Shown piece after piece: positions 24,463 through 38,900 of a DNA stretch of 64,000 nucleotides (within the stretch, counting starts at the first letter, position 1; each line of letters starts with the position of its first letter). The translations under genes were made by a program, and so were the position numbers. The notes below the pieces were generated by a model. It saw only the letters and a list, made by a program, of their open reading frames with translations, was not told the DNA's origin and ran no database searches. This DNA is from Raja brachyura. Its lineage: Eukaryota. The stretch is from contig OY740803.1 in assembly GCA_963514005.1 (NCBI GenBank), positions 20,150,001-20,214,000 of the forward strand, in the 5' to 3' direction.

Positions 24463-27400
24463 ATAGAAACATAGAAAATAGGTGCAGGAGGAGGCCATTC
24501 GGCCCTTCAAGCCAGCACCGCCATTCATTGTGATTATGGCTGATCGTCCCCTATCAATAACCCGTGCCTGCCTTCTCCCCATATCCCTTGATTCCACTAG
24601 CCCCGAGAGCTCAATCTATCTCGCTCTTAAATCCATCCAGTGATTTGGCCTCCACTGCCCCCTGTGGCAGGGAATTCCTTAAATTCACAACTCTCTGTGA
24701 CCTCCCCTTTATTTTAAGACTGTGGCCCCTGGTTCTGGACTCGCCCAACATTGGGAACACTTTTCCTGCATATAGCTTGTCCAGTCCTTTTATAATTTTA
24801 TATGTTTCTATAAGGTCCCCCCTCAATCTTTCCTCATATGACAGTCCCGCCATCCCAGGGATCAATCTCGTGAACCTACACTGCACTGCCTCAATCACAA
24901 GGATGACCTTCCTCAAATTAGGAAACTAAAACTGTACACAATACTCCAGATGTGGTCTCACCAGAGCCCTATACAACTGCAGAAAAACCTCTTTACTCCT
25001 ATGCTGACATCCTCTTGTTATGAAGGCGAACATTCCATTAGCTTTCTTCACTGCCTGCTGTACCTGGAAGCCAACTTTCAGTGGCCGGTGTACAAGGACG
25101 CCCAGGTCTCGCTGCGCATCCCCTTACCTAACCTAACCCCATTGAGATAATAATCTGCCCCCTTGTTTTTGCCACCGAAGTGGATAACCTCACATTTATC
25201 TATATTATACTGCATCTGCCACGCATCTGCCCACTCACTCAACCTGTCCAGGTCACCCTGCAACTTCCTAACATCCTTTTCACAGTTCACACTGTCACCC
25301 AGCTTTGTGTCATCCGCAAACTTACTAGTGTTGCTCCTAATTCCCTCTTCCAAATCATTAATATATATGGTGAACAGTTGCGGCCCCAACACCGAGCCTT
25401 GCGGCGCTCCACTCGCCACTGCCTGCCATTCTGAAAAGGACACGTTCACTCCTACTCTTTGCTTCCAGTCTGCCAACCAATTTTCTATCCATGTCGACAC
25501 CCTACCCCCAATACCATGTGCTCTAATTTTAGTCACCAGTCTCCCGTGCGGGACCTTATCAAAGGCTTTCTGAAAGTCTAGATACACTACATCCACTGGC
25601 ACCCCTTCATCCATTTTACTTGTCACATCCTCAAAACATTCCAGAAGATTAGTTAAGCATTAGTTAAGAGGCCCACAGGAGCCGTTGGAAGAGAAGGAGG
25701 GGGAGGAGCGACACCCGACCGGTAAGGATAAAAATCCAGCGCGGGGCTTGTTTACCGTAATCCATAGCGTTCCATTCGGAGAAGTGGATTTTTTGGGTTT
25801 TTTTTTTTTTAGGAAGCCACTGATTGGTGGGAAGGGGACTAGGGTAAGTAGCTGATTGGCCATCAGATTCCAGCAGTTTGCAGTGTTTTTTGTGTTGATA
25901 TTGTATCCAGTGTAAGGGGCGAGTATGAAGGCCAGGGCAGTGTAGTGTTGCGGATGTCAGATGTGGGAGGTCAGAGAAGCTGATAGCCCACCTGACGTCC
26001 ACATCTGCGCCTGTCGAGATGGGGATCCTAAAGGACTGTGTTAGGAACCTGGAGCAACAGCTCGAGGACCTCCGTCTGGTCAGGGAGAGTGAGGAGGTCA
26101 TAGAGAGGAGCTACAGGGAGGTAGTCACTCCCAGACCACGGGAGGCAGACAAGTGGGTCACTGTTAGGAAGGGCAAAGGGTAGAGGCATGGACTAGAGAG
26201 TACCCCGGTGGCTGTACACCTGGAAAATAGGTACTCTTGTTTGAGTTCGATTGGAGCGGACAGCCTTCCTGGGGGCAGCAACAGCGGCCGGGCCTCCGGC
26301 ACAGAGAACGGCCCTGATGCTCAGAAGGGTAGCAAAAAGAGGAGGGCAATTGTAATAGGGGACTCTATAGTTAGGGGGTCAGATTGGCGATTCTGTGGAC
26401 GCAGTCGGGAGACCCAGATGGTAGTTTGCCTCCCTGGTGCCAGGGTCTCGGATGTGTCGGAACGTGTCGAAAAGATTCTGAAAAGGGAGGGAGAGGAGCC
26501 TGATGTTGTGGTACACATAGGTACCAATGACATAGGCAGAAAAAGAGAAGAGGTCCTGAAAGGAGAATTTAGGGAGTTGGGGGGAAAGTTAAGGAGAAGG
26601 ACCAAAAGAGTAACAATTTCAGGATTACTGCCTGTGCCACATGACAGTGAGAGTAGGAATGGAATGAGGTGGAGGATAAATGCGTGGCTGAGGGACTGGT
26701 GCAGTGGGCAGGGATTCAAGTTTCTTGATCACTGGGACCTCTTTTGGGGAAGGCATGATCTGTATAAAAAGGACGGGTTGCACTTGAACCCTAGGGCAAC
26801 CAATATCCTGGCGGGGAGATTTGCAAAGGAGACTTTAAACTAGAAAGGCTGGGGGGAGGGACTCGGGTAGAGGGGGCTAGGGGACGGGGTGAGGGGCAAG
26901 AGGCAGAGAAGGGAAGCACTCGGACCCAAAATGTAGGTGAGAAAGAGGAAAAAGATAATAAACAGAGAATAAGGGATGGTGGATTTCTAAAATGTGTATA
27001 TTTTAATGCTAGGAGCATTGTAAGAAAGGTGGATGAACTTAGAGCCTGGATTGACACCTGGAAATATGATGTTGTGGCAATCAGTGAAACATGGTTGCGG
27101 GAGGGTTGTGATTGGAAACTAAATATTCCAGAATTTCGTTGCTTCAGGTGTGATAGAATTGGAGGGACCAGAGGTGGAGGGGTTGCATTGCTTGTCAGAG
27201 AAGATATTACAGCAGTGCTTTGGCAGGATAGATTAGAGGGCTCCTCTAGGGAGGCTATTTGGGTGGAACTGAGAAGTGGGAATGGTGTAGCAACACTTTT
27301 AGGGGTGTATTATAGACCGCCAAATGGGGAGCGAGAATTGGAAGAGCTAATATGTAAGGAGATAGCAGATATTAGTAGTAAGCACAAGGTAGTGATTGTG

Positions 27401-30400
27401 GGAGATTTCAATTTTTTCCAAAAATAGACTGGGAAACACATTCTGTAAATGGGCTGGATGGTTTGGAGTTTGTAAAATGTGTGCAGGATAGGTTTTTGCA
27501 GCAATACATAGAGGTATTGACCAGAGAAGGGGCAGTGCTGAACCTCCTGTTAGGAAATGAGGCAGGTCAGGTGACGAAGGTATGCGTTGGTGAGCACTTC
27601 GGGACCAGTGATCACAATACCATTAGTTTCAATATAATTATGGAGAGAGTCAGAACTGGACCTAGGGTTGAGATTTTTGATTGGAGAAAGGCTAACTTTG
27701 AGGGAATGCATAATGATTTAAAAGGAGTGAATTGGGACATTTTGTTTTATGGGAAGGATGTAGAAGAGAAATGGAGAACATTTAAAGGGGAAATTGTAAG
27801 AGTAGAGAATCTTTATGTCCCTGTTCGGTTGAAAGGAAATAGTAAAAATCGGAAAGAGCCATGGTTTTCAAGGGAAGTTGGAGACTTGGTTCGAAAAAAG
27901 AGAGATATCTACAATAATTATAGGACGCATGGAGTAAATGAGGTGCTAGATGAGTATACAGAATGTAAAAAGAATGTAAAAAGAATCTTAAGAAAGAAAT
28001 AAGAAAAGCTAAAAGAAGATATGAGGTTGCTTTGGCAAGAAAGGTGAAAGTAAATCCAAAGGGTTTCTACAGCTATATTAATAGCAAAAGGATAACGAGG
28101 GATACAATTGGACCATTAGAGAGCCAGAATGGACAGCTATCTGCAAAGCCAAATGAGATGGGGGAGATATTGAACAATTTCTTTTCTTCGGTATTCACCA
28201 AGGAGAAGGATATTGAACTCTGAGGTAAGGGAAAAAAGTAGAGTAGCTATGGAAACTATGAGATTCAAAGAGGAGGAAGTACTGACACTTTTGAAAAATA
28301 TAAAAGTGGATAAGTCTCCAGGTCCTGACAGGATATTCCCTAGGACATTGAGGGAAGTTAGTGTAGAAATAGCAGGGGCTATGACAGAAATATTTCAAAA
28401 GTCATTAGAAACGGAAATAGTGCCGGAGGATTGGCGTACTGCGCATGTTGTTCCATTGTTTAAAAACGGTTCAAAGAAAATAAATCTAGCAATTATAGAC
28501 CTGTTAATTTGACGTCAGTGGTGGGCAAATTAATGGAAAGGATTTGATTTAATATATTTATAGAGATAATATATATAAGCATCTGGATAAACAGGGTCTG
28601 ATCAAGAACAGTCAACATGGATTTGTGCCTGGAAGGTCATGTTTGACAAACCTTCTTGAATTTTTTGAAGAGGTTACTAGGGAAATTGATGAGGGTAAAG
28701 CAGTGGATGTTGTCTATATGGATTTCAGTAAGGCCTTTGACAAGGTTCCCCATGGAAGGTTGGTTAAGAAGGTTCAATCTTTCGGTGTTAATGGCGGAGT
28801 AGCAAGATGGATTCAACAGTGGTTGAATGGGAGATGCCAGAGAGTAATGGTGGATGGCTGTTTGTCAGGTTGGAAGCCGGTGACCAGTGGGGTGCCTCAG
28901 GGATCTGTGTTGGGTCCACTGTTGTTTGTCATGATCTAGATGATGGGGTGGAAAATTGGATAAGTAAGAATGCAGATGATACTAAAATAGGTGGTGCTGT
29001 GGATAATGAAGTCGATTTTCAAAGTCTACAGAGAGATTTGGGCCATTTGGAAGAGTGTGCTGAAAGATGGCAGATGGAGTTCAATGCTGATAAGTGTGAG
29101 GTGCTACATCTTGGCAGGACAAATCAAAATAGGACGTACATGGTAAATGGTAGGGAATTGAGGAATGCTGTGGAACAGAGGGATCTAGGAATAACTGTGC
29201 ATAGTTCCCTGAAGGTGGAATCGCATGTAGATAGGGTGGTAAAGAAAGCTTTTGGTGTGCTGGCCTTTATAAATCAGAGCATTGAATATAGGAGCAGGGA
29301 AGTAATGTTAAAATTGTACAAGGCATTGGTAAGACCAATTCTGGAGTATGGTGTACAATTTTGGTCGCCTAATTATAGGAAGGATGTCAACAAAATAGAG
29401 AGAGTACAGAGGAAATTTACTAGAATGTTGCCTGGGTTCCAGCAACTAAGTCACAGAGAAAGGTTGAACAAGTTAGGTCTTTATTCTTTGGAGTGCAGAA
29501 GGTTAAGGGGGGACTTGATTGAGGTCTTTAAAATGATGAAAGGGATAGACGTGGATAAGATGATGATAGGGTTGACGTGGATATGTTTTTCCCATTGAGG
29601 GTAGGAAAGATTCAAACAAGAGGGCATAACATGAGAATTAAGGGACAGAAGTTTAGGAGTAACATGAGGGGGAACTTCTTTACTCAGAGAGTGGTGGCTG
29701 TGTGGAATGATCTTCCTGCAGAAGTGGTGGAGGCAGGATCGATTTTAACATTTAAAAGTAAAGTGGATAGGTATATGGACGGGAAGGGAATGGAGGGGTA
29801 TGGTCTGAGTGCAGGTAGATGGGACTAGGGGAAAATAAATGGTCGGCACAGACTGGAAGGGCCGAGAAGGCCTGCTTCCATGCTGTAATTGTTATATGGT
29901 TATATGGTTAAGCATGATTTCCCTTTCATAAATCCATGTTGACTTGGTCTAATCCTTTTACTGCTATCCAAATGCCCCATTATTATCTCCTTAATAATTA
30001 ACTCCAGCATCCTCCCACCACCGAAGTCAGGCTAACTGGTCTGTAATTCCCCGTTTTCTCTCTTGCTCCTTTCTTGAAAAGTGGGATAACATTAGCTATC
30101 CTCCAATCCACAGGAACTGATCCTGAATCTATTGAACATTGGAAAATGATCACCAATGCGTCCACTATTTCTAGATACACCTCCCTGAGGACCCTGGGAT
30201 GCAGACCATCAGGCCCAGGGGATATATCATCCTTCAGTCCCATTAGCCTACCCAATACTATTTCTCGCCTAATGAAAATTTCTTTCAATTCCCCTACCCC
30301 CTTAGTCATCCAGTATATCTGAGAGATTATTTGTGTCTTCCTTAGTGAAGAAATATCCGAAGTACCTGTTCAACTCTTCTGCCATTTCCTTGTTGCCCAT

Positions 30401-30685
30401 AATAATTTCAACCGTGTCTGTCTTCAAGGGACCCACATTTGACTTTGCTACTCTTTTTCCCTTAACATATCTAAAGAAGGTTTTACTGTCCTTCTTTATA
30501 TTCCTCACCAGCTTCCCTTCATACTTCATCTTTTCAGCCCGTATTGCCCGTTTTGCACCAGGAACTGGATGCAAACTGGAGATAACCACCCTGGAGGTCC
30601 TGCTTTTCAGCATTTCTCCGAGCTCTCTAAAGTCACGCTGCAGAATATTCATCCCCTTCTTTCTGACATTGTTTGTGCCGACATG
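24463..30685 (-). mobile_element. Older CR1 LINE (host), in two pieces: 24463-25660 and 29907-30685
   Basis: RT motifs YLDFQKAFDKVPH, PQGSVLGP and KFADDTK. The motif HGFMKGKSCLTNLL is continuous across the inserted element. Confidence 0.9.
25661..29906 (+). mobile_element. Full-length CR1 LINE: 5'UTR, ORF1 (Cys-rich/coiled coil + SGNH esterase), ORF2 (APE endonuclease + RT); frameshifted
   Basis: ORF1 from about 25925 to 26843 has GDSIVRG, HIGTND and DGLHLN. ORF2 from about 26990 to 29828 has ISETWL, GVYYRPP, GDFN, SDHN and YMDFSKAFD. Ends in a (GTTATATG)n tail; 9-bp TSD GTTAAGCAT at 25652-25660 and 29907-29915. Confidence 0.93.
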
Positions 30686-32989
30686 TCCTCGGGAGAACGT
30701 GCAATCTCCACACAGACAGCACCTGAATGGGATTCTTTGCAGGAAGACGTGGAAGACACATCTGAGGAAGGAAGGTTCGGTCCCAAACAGTTCCTTTCTA
30801 CCAATGAAGAACTAATTCAAGTGGACTACAACAAACCACATCAATCATTTTGCTCATTCACACCAGCCCCTCCATTATCTTTCTGCTGTCACTAATCATC
30901 ATATCATTCTCTGGGACCCAAAGAAAAACATTAAAATTACCACACAATAAAATATCTACATTGTTTTGTAAATTATACCTAGGTCTGATAACTAGATGTA
31001 TAAAATCAGGAGGGGAATAGGAGGGCGAATGCACAGAGACTTTCACCTTACCCTACCTATAGGTTTAGGGTGAGGGGGGAAAGATTTAATAGAAACCTGA
31101 GAGGAAATATTTTCACACAATGGGTGAAAGAAATCAATCAAATGACTATTACTGTTGCTGAGGCAGCTGCACATCATGAGCAGTGGACAGAAATCAGTTG
31201 CCGTCTGACCTTCCAAACTAACGCAGTATCACAGATCATCAAAAGATGGCGATAGATATTCTAAAGTAGATATTCAGAGGATGTGACTTGACTAGATGTA
31301 ACCATTGTTTTTACTTGAGAAACAAGACAAAGTGCTGGAAGAACTCAGCAGGTCAGGCATCATCTTTGGAGGGAATAGACAGACAACGTTTCAAGTTGGA
31401 GCGTTTCTTCAAACCTAAAACATCCTCAGTCCATTCCCTCCAGTGTTCCTGGTAGGAGGAAGGGTTCCAACCCGAAATGCCACCGATTCCTTTTCTCCGC
31501 AGATATTGCCTGACCCGCTGAGGTTGAGTTTATATTAGTTTAGAGATATATAGCATCGAAACAGGCCCTTTGTCCTACTGAATCCGCGCCAACCAGCGAT
31601 CCCCATACACTAACACTATCCTACACACTGGAGACAATTTGCAATTTTTACTGAAGCCAATTAACCTACAAACTTGCACGTGTTTGGAGTGAGGGAGGAA
31701 ACCGGAGCACCTGGGGAGTTCTTCCAGCACTTTAGCTTTTGCTCAGGATTTCAGCATCTGCAGTTCCTTGTATCTCCAATTTTTTTGTACTTAGTTTAGA
31801 TTGTTATTGTCACATGTATGGAGGTACAATGAAAGGCATTTCTGTTGGGTGCTAGTCAGTCAGCTAAAATACTACACGTGATTACAACAGTTTACTTGAT
31901 CATGAGACGTGTTTGTCTCCAAAGTCAGCATTTATTGTATATTTCTAATTGTCTATTGACTGTGCAGAAAACTAACAGTCGTAGAAATTAAACTATTTTA
32001 ATACTTGATGCAGAATTTGAAGACTTAAGCCATTTCCATCAAACATTGGATGTGCCACTTATGGCATGAGTCCATACATTTCATTTGAGGACACAGAGTG
32101 CTGGAGTAACTCAGCGGATCAGGCAGCATCTCTGGAGAACAAAGATAGGTGATGCTTCAGGTCAGGATCCTTCTTCTGACTCTAACAGGGGTCTGAACAA
32201 GGGACCAGATCTGAAACGTCACTTATCCATTGTTCTCCAGAGATGCTGCGTGACCCACTGAGTTACTCCAGTACTTTATGTTTTATTTTTGTTCCTTGTT
32301 TCCACATGTTTTTCATATCCTCTTCTTATTCTCATGAGATAAGGTGTTTTTACATCATTCGCATTCTCATCTCCACTTCCACATCAACCTATCTGCCCTC
32401 CTCCTTGCTATGGAGAGATCAAATGCAATTTGGAAGAACAACATTTCACATTCCACTTGGGTAATATAAACCTGATTGCAATAACATCTTTTTTTCTAAT
32501 TTGAAGTAACCCATACCTCTGTCCACTTACTTTTAGAGGTACAGCGTGGAGACAGGCCCTTTGACCCAACAAGACCGCGCCGTCCAGCGATCACCCTCAT
32601 ACCAGCATTACCCCACACACTAGGGACAATTTACAATTTTTACCAAAGCCAATTAACCTACAAAACTGCACGTCTTTGGAGTGTGGGAGGACTTTGGAGG
32701 ACTTGGAAAAAACCCACTTGGTCACAGGGAGAACATACAAACTCCGTACAGACAGCACCCGTAGTCAGGATCGAACCCAGGTTTCTGGCGCTACAAGGGT
32801 GCAAATTTACCGCTGCTCCATTGTGCCGCCCCTAGTTTTTCTCTTCCTTTCTTGATTCCTTGCATCCTGTCCCCCATCTGGCTCCACTTATCACCTACCA
32901 AGCTCTCTCCATCACCCTTCTACCAACTGCTTCTTTCAGCCATCATCCCCTACCTCTGGTTCTACCTATCACCTACCAGCCTCTATTCA

Positions 32990-34252
32990 ATAGACAACAG
33001 GTGCAGGATTAGGCCATTCTGCCCTTCGAGCCAGCACCGCCATTCAATATGATCATGGCTGATCATCCCCAATCAGTACCCCGTTCCTGCCTTCTCCCCA
33101 TATCCTCTGACTCCGCTATGTTTAAGAGCCCTAACTAGCTCTCTCTTGAGAGTATCAAGAGAACCGGCCTCCACCGCCCTCTGATGCAGAGAATTCCACA
33201 GACTCACAACTCTCTGTGTGAAAAAGTGTTTCCACATCTCCGTTCTAAATGGCTTACCCCTTATTCTTAAACTGTAGCCCCTGGTTATGGACTCCCCCAA
33301 CATCAGGAACATGTTTCCTGCCTCCAGCATGTCCAAACCTTTAATAATCTTATATGTTTCAATAAGAGCCCCTCTCATCCTTCTAAACACCAGAGTGTAC
33401 AAGCCCAGCCGCTCTATTCTCTCAGCATATGGCAGTCCTGCCTTCCCGGGAATTAACCGTGTAAACCTACGCTGCAATCCCTCAATAGCAAGAATGTCCT
33501 TCCACAAATTAGGTGACCACAACTGCACACAATACTCCAGGTGTGGTCTCACTAGGGCCCTATACAACTGCAGAAGGACCTCTTTACTCCTATACTCAAC
33601 TCCTCTTGTTATAAAGGCCAACATGCCATTCACTTTCTTCACTGCCTGCTGTACCTGCATGCTTACTTTCATTGATTGATGAACAAGGTCCCCCAGATCC
33701 CATTGCACTTCCCCTTTCCCAACTTGACACCATTTAGATAGTAATCTGCCTTCCTGTTTTTGCAACCAAAGTGGATAACCTCACATTTATCCACATTAAT
33801 CTGCATCTGCCATGCATCTGCCCACTCACCCAACCTGTCCAAGTCACCCTGCATTGTCATAGCATCCTCCTCACAGTTCACACTGCCACCCAGCTTTGTG
33901 TCATCTGCAAATTTGCTAATGTTACTTTAAATCCCTTAATCTAAACCAATGATGTATATTGTAAATAGCTGCAGTCCTAGCACCTAGCCTTGCAGTACCC
34001 CACTAGTCACTGCCTGCCATTCTGAAAGGGACCCGTTAAACCCTACTCTTTGTTTCCTGTCTGCCAACCAATTTTTTATCCATGTCTAGTACTCAACCCC
34101 CAATACCATGTGCCCTAATTGTGCCCACTAATCTCCTACGTGGGACCTTATCAAATGTTTTCTGAAAGTCCAGATACACTACATCCACTGGCTCTCCCTT
34201 GTCCATTTCCCTAGTTACATCCTCAAAAAATTCCATAAGATTAGTCAAGCAT
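32990..34252 (-). mobile_element. CR1 LINE 3' half
   Basis: ORFs 33073..33765, 33669..33881 and 34093..34299 encode CR1 RT motifs. Confidence 0.9.
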
Positions 34253-34504
34253 GACCCGAAACGTCGCCCATCTCCTTCGCTCCTTAGATGCTGCTGCACC
34301 CGCTGAGTTTCTCCAGCTTTTTGTGTAACCCCCCCCCCTTCTCCACATGCACTCTATCCAGTCCTTTCACTATTCGCTAAGTTTCAACGAGGTCTCCCCT
34401 CATCCCTCTAAACTCCAGCGAGTTCAGGCCAAGTGTTGTCTAACGTTCATCCTATGTTAACCTTATCATTTCTGAGATCATTCTCTTCAGGTCCCTTCTT
34501 TAGA

Positions 34505-34810
34505 CTTGCACTTTGTTTACGCTTTTTCCATTCTGCTTGATGAGAAATCTTTGTTCACGCCTCCTCGCCTGGAGAGTAATGACTGTTCATCGTGGTTTAC
34601 TTTCCTGTTTACGGCTTGTGTTACACTTTCGGAGGGTAGCAGATTAAAGTGTTGTCTGCACATTGTATCGCAGATTGACTAGACGCATTAGTTCTGTTTC
34701 CCTTCCGACAGATCTGCTCTGACCTGATCTGCTGAGTATTTCTGGAATTTCCTGTGCGCGTTATTGCGACATTATCAAGTGAATCTTGAAGATCACTTTC
34801 ACTTCAGATT
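34505..34810. promoter_or_regulatory. Candidate immune enhancer (FOX:ETS, RUNX-like, NF-kB-like and IRF motifs)
   Basis: TTCCTGTTTAC at 34602-34612, CGTGGTT at 34591, TGGAATTTCC at 34743-34752 and ACTTTCACTTC at 34795-34805, in mostly non-repetitive DNA. Confidence 0.4.
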
Positions 34811-35947
34811 TCGAAGTGTGTGGGAGGGTGAAGGAGGAAAGGCTGTGTTGTTTAGAAATTATGTCAACGATTACAATTTGGTTCTCATAATTAAAACTGA
34901 CATATCAGTAACTTAGAGCAATGATCTGAGAGGTTTATAGTTTTTTAGTTTTAAAGATAGAGCTTGGAAACAAGCGCTTTGGCTCACCCAGTTCACGGCG
35001 ACCATTGATCACCTGGGGTCATGGAAAGAGCGTTCACATCGTGGCCCTGTTTCCACCAATCTTTCCACCAACACACCCAAGAAGCACAAGCAGCGCAAGA
35101 CAGACAGCAGTGTATGCAGATGCCGAGAAGTGTGTTCAGCTCTGGCTGAACAACTTCTGATCTTGTGTGTGGACATGATAAGAAGAAGATTAATCACCTG
35201 TACACTAATTCTATCCTACACACAAAGGAACAATTTTACAGAAGCCAATTAACATGCAAACCTGCACAAATTTGGAATTCAGAAGGCATTATAATCTGTA
35301 AATTAAACAAGATTGTCGTTGTCTAACTCTCATTCAGTGCATAATCTTTCCTGGCCTGAGAGTACTGTGATCATTTTCTAAACCCTGTTCATGTGCTTTG
35401 TAAGCATCCATGGGCCTGTGCAGAAAGCAAATTAGTAGAACATCGTCCTCTCCAATGTGACAATAATTTTAACTTTTCTCGACTTTCTTGCCTCTATAGA
35501 ATGTCAATAGAGATTGGTGGCACAGCGGTAGAGTTGCGGCCTTAAGGCCCTCAGAGAACCAGGTTCGATCCTGACTGTGGGTTCTGTCTGTACGGAGTTT
35601 GCACATTTCTGCTTGTGACCGCGTGGGTTTACTCTGGGTGCTCCAGTTTCCTGCCACATTCCAAAAATGTGCAGGTTTGTAAGTGTGTAGGATGGAACAT
35701 GTGCACAGGTGATTGCTTTTTGGCGTAGGCTCAATGGGCCGAAGGGCCTGTTTCCACGTTGTATCTCTACAAATAAAACTAAAAACAACAAAAAATAAGT
35801 AGAAACAAAGAACTGCAAACACTGGTTAATACACAACAGCACACAAAATGCTGGAGAAAACTCAGCAGGCGAGGCAGCATCTCTGGGAAACATGCATAAA
35901 TGACATTTTGGGTCGGGACCCTTCTTTTACACAAACTCGTTTAGTAC

Positions 35948-38900
35948 AATAGTAAGATTAAATGAGAACTTACCAGTTTGAAGTTTGATCTTGATTTTAT
36001 GAGGAGTTACGTTGGTGATTACATGAAGAAGACCCGCCAGGCCGCATGCGCACCAATCTTCAAAGCAGCGGTATGAAATCACAAAAAAAACCACCGAAGT
36101 ACATAGTAAGATCAGTGACTCAAGAACTACCATATGTTCCTTTATGAGAGAGGGTTGGGCGTGGCGGGCACGTAATCACCAACGTAACTCCTCATAAAAT
36201 CAAGATTAAACTTCAAACTGGTAAGTTCTCGTTTAATCTTGCTATTTTACTTCGGAGTCACGTGACTGATTCCGTGAAGAGTTCAAAGCTTTGTGATTTC
36301 ATGCCGCAGATTACAAACTCGGCATTCCACTGCAATGATTGAATCGAATGAGAAATAATGCATTAGTAGTAACATTGCATTCAATGTAGTAATAAGGTTT
36401 ATTTAATAACATAAACAAACGACAGTACTCTTTAATACCAGGGCACTTAAACAGAACTTAAAATTGCATTGGTAAACAGCCCTGGATGAACAATCGGCCG
36501 ATGATAAAAATTCTAGTGGAACGAGATGTAAACACATCTGTGTTAATACCTGCATCAACCAAAGCTTGTTTCAGCCATCTCGAAATAGTGTTAACTGACA
36601 CTCTTTTATGTGTTTTTTTATAACTGATAAACAATCCTGTCTCCAAGTCACATAAACACTCAGTAGCTGCAATGTATTGCATCAAATGTGATTTTATGCA
36701 TAAGGATGGATCCGTAGGATATGCTACAAATACTATTTTAAACCCTGTGACACCTGGCCTGCTTTGTTTGAGGAGGTCATAAATGTAAAATGTAACATTG
36801 TCCGCAGCAGTTTCCATTCTGTCTAACTGTAATTTTTGTAACGTCTGTACCCTTTGTGCTGAAACCAATGCCATAAGCATGGCCACCTTTATGGTAATTT
36901 TTGTCAAAGACAAAGATGAGATGGGAAACCACTCACGTAGTTTTCTAAGGACGATACTCACATCCCAAATAGCCATATATCTAGGTTTGGGAGGTCTGGA
37001 ATTAAAAATGCCCTTCATTAATCGAACCACAAGAGGGTGAGATCCAATTGAATGTTTGTCTGACTTCATCACTAAATATGATGACAAAGCACTTCTTGCT
37101 GTATTGATTGCACTATAACTTAGTCCTTCATCATAGTATAGGGTTGACAAAAATTCCAAAACATGGGAAATACGTGCTGTACAATAATCAATATCATTTT
37201 GTACACAGTAAACTTCCTATTTCTTTACATAACAAAAATACTGCTTTTGAGTACTCGATCTCCAAGATGCAGTAAGCATGTCGACAGTTCGACCTGACAA
37301 TCCATGCCCCAGATATGGCCTTCTTAGAATCTGCAAATTAACAAATCAATGCTGTCATACAACGGATGGCATTCACCAGTTACTGCATTCATTAATAAAT
37401 TCCTTCGTTTAGGAACAGCCATCAGAGGTTGTGTCATCAGCTGTCGGATCAAAGGGCACCATGGCTGAGTAGGCCAGTCGGGTGTCACCAGTACCTCTGA
37501 GCATTGTCCTGCTTGATTTTAAACAGACATCGATTTATGAAACAGAAAGGTGGAAATGCATAAATATACATACCACCCCAATTCAGCAAGAAAGCGTCAA
37601 TCGCTACTGCCCCAGAATCTGGTTCCCATGACACATATTTGGGAAGCTGGTGGTTTAGTCTAGATGCAAACAAGTCAACATCTGGTGTTCCATATTTGGC
37701 AATTATGTCTTTGTGATTCAACATCCACTCTATGTTGACCTGGTGTCTGCCACTGTATTAAGTTTTCCTGGCAGATAAATAGCTGAGAGCCAAATGTGTT
37801 TATCAATACACCAGATCCAGATTTGGTTTACCAGTCTGTCACAAGATACCAACTTAATACCACACATGTGATTGACATATGCGACTGCCGTGGTATTATC
37901 AAATTGAAGCTGAACATGCAGACTGCTCTTGTTAGAACAATAAGCTTTGCCCATAAAATGCTCCTAAAAGCTTTAAATGGTTAATTCCCCATGTCTGCAG
38001 AAGCAAAGCTTCTTCCATACTTCATCTTCCTCCACAACTTGAATTTGTGTCTGTGGCACCCCATCCAAGTGCACTAACATCAGTCTGCAAGACCATGGAA
38101 GGTAGTTTCAGCTCTATTGTGCTAAAACTACTGGAGACATGTTGAATCCACCATAAAATATAAGTAATTGCTTCTGCTGATAATTGCATGGGCCTATCAT
38201 AATGCTCAAATTGTACCTTAAGTGCCTGTTCTTTTGCTCTTTGTAATTGCTGATAATGTAAAGGCCCAAATTGGACTGCTGGAAAGGCTGCTACCATTTT
38301 CCCAAGAAGCCTTGCCACTTGCCTAATTGAAGGCTTATGCTTGTTTAAAAGAGTTACACAGCCCTCAATTAGCTCTGTTTTCACTTGGCAAAGTAATTAC
38401 CATTTTGAGTGAGTTAATTGAAAACCCCAAATAATCAATTGTGGTAATTGGCGTTAATTTGGATTTGCCCAAATGAATGACAAACCCCAGCTTTTCAAAT
38501 GTGGATTTGACAATTGCCACTGATATTTCAGCTAATGCTTTTGTTTGTCCAATTATTAAAATATCATCCAGATAGGCCATAATTACATGGCCCTGACCTC
38601 TAAGCAATCCCAAAATTGGTTTTAACAATTTAGTGAATACTCCAGGAGCTGAGGTCCACCCATTCAGCAGTGCCCTATACTGCCATAATTGATTCATCCA
38701 AATGAATTTAAAATACCTTCTATGCTCGTAACGAACAGGCACTGAATAATAAGCGTCCTTCAGATCTATTGTAGCCATATAACAATCTCTGGAAATTAGT
38801 TGCTTGGCCGTAACCAATGTTTCCATTTTAAAGTGTCTATAGAGTACAAATGGATTTAATTTTGTTAGATCCAAAATGATTCTACATCCTCCGTCCTTTT

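Noticed and set aside
37485-37724. Bacterial or phage DNA methyltransferase, as contamination or gene transfer
   Set aside because: It is the standard MT domain in its expected position within the DIRS1 pol region.
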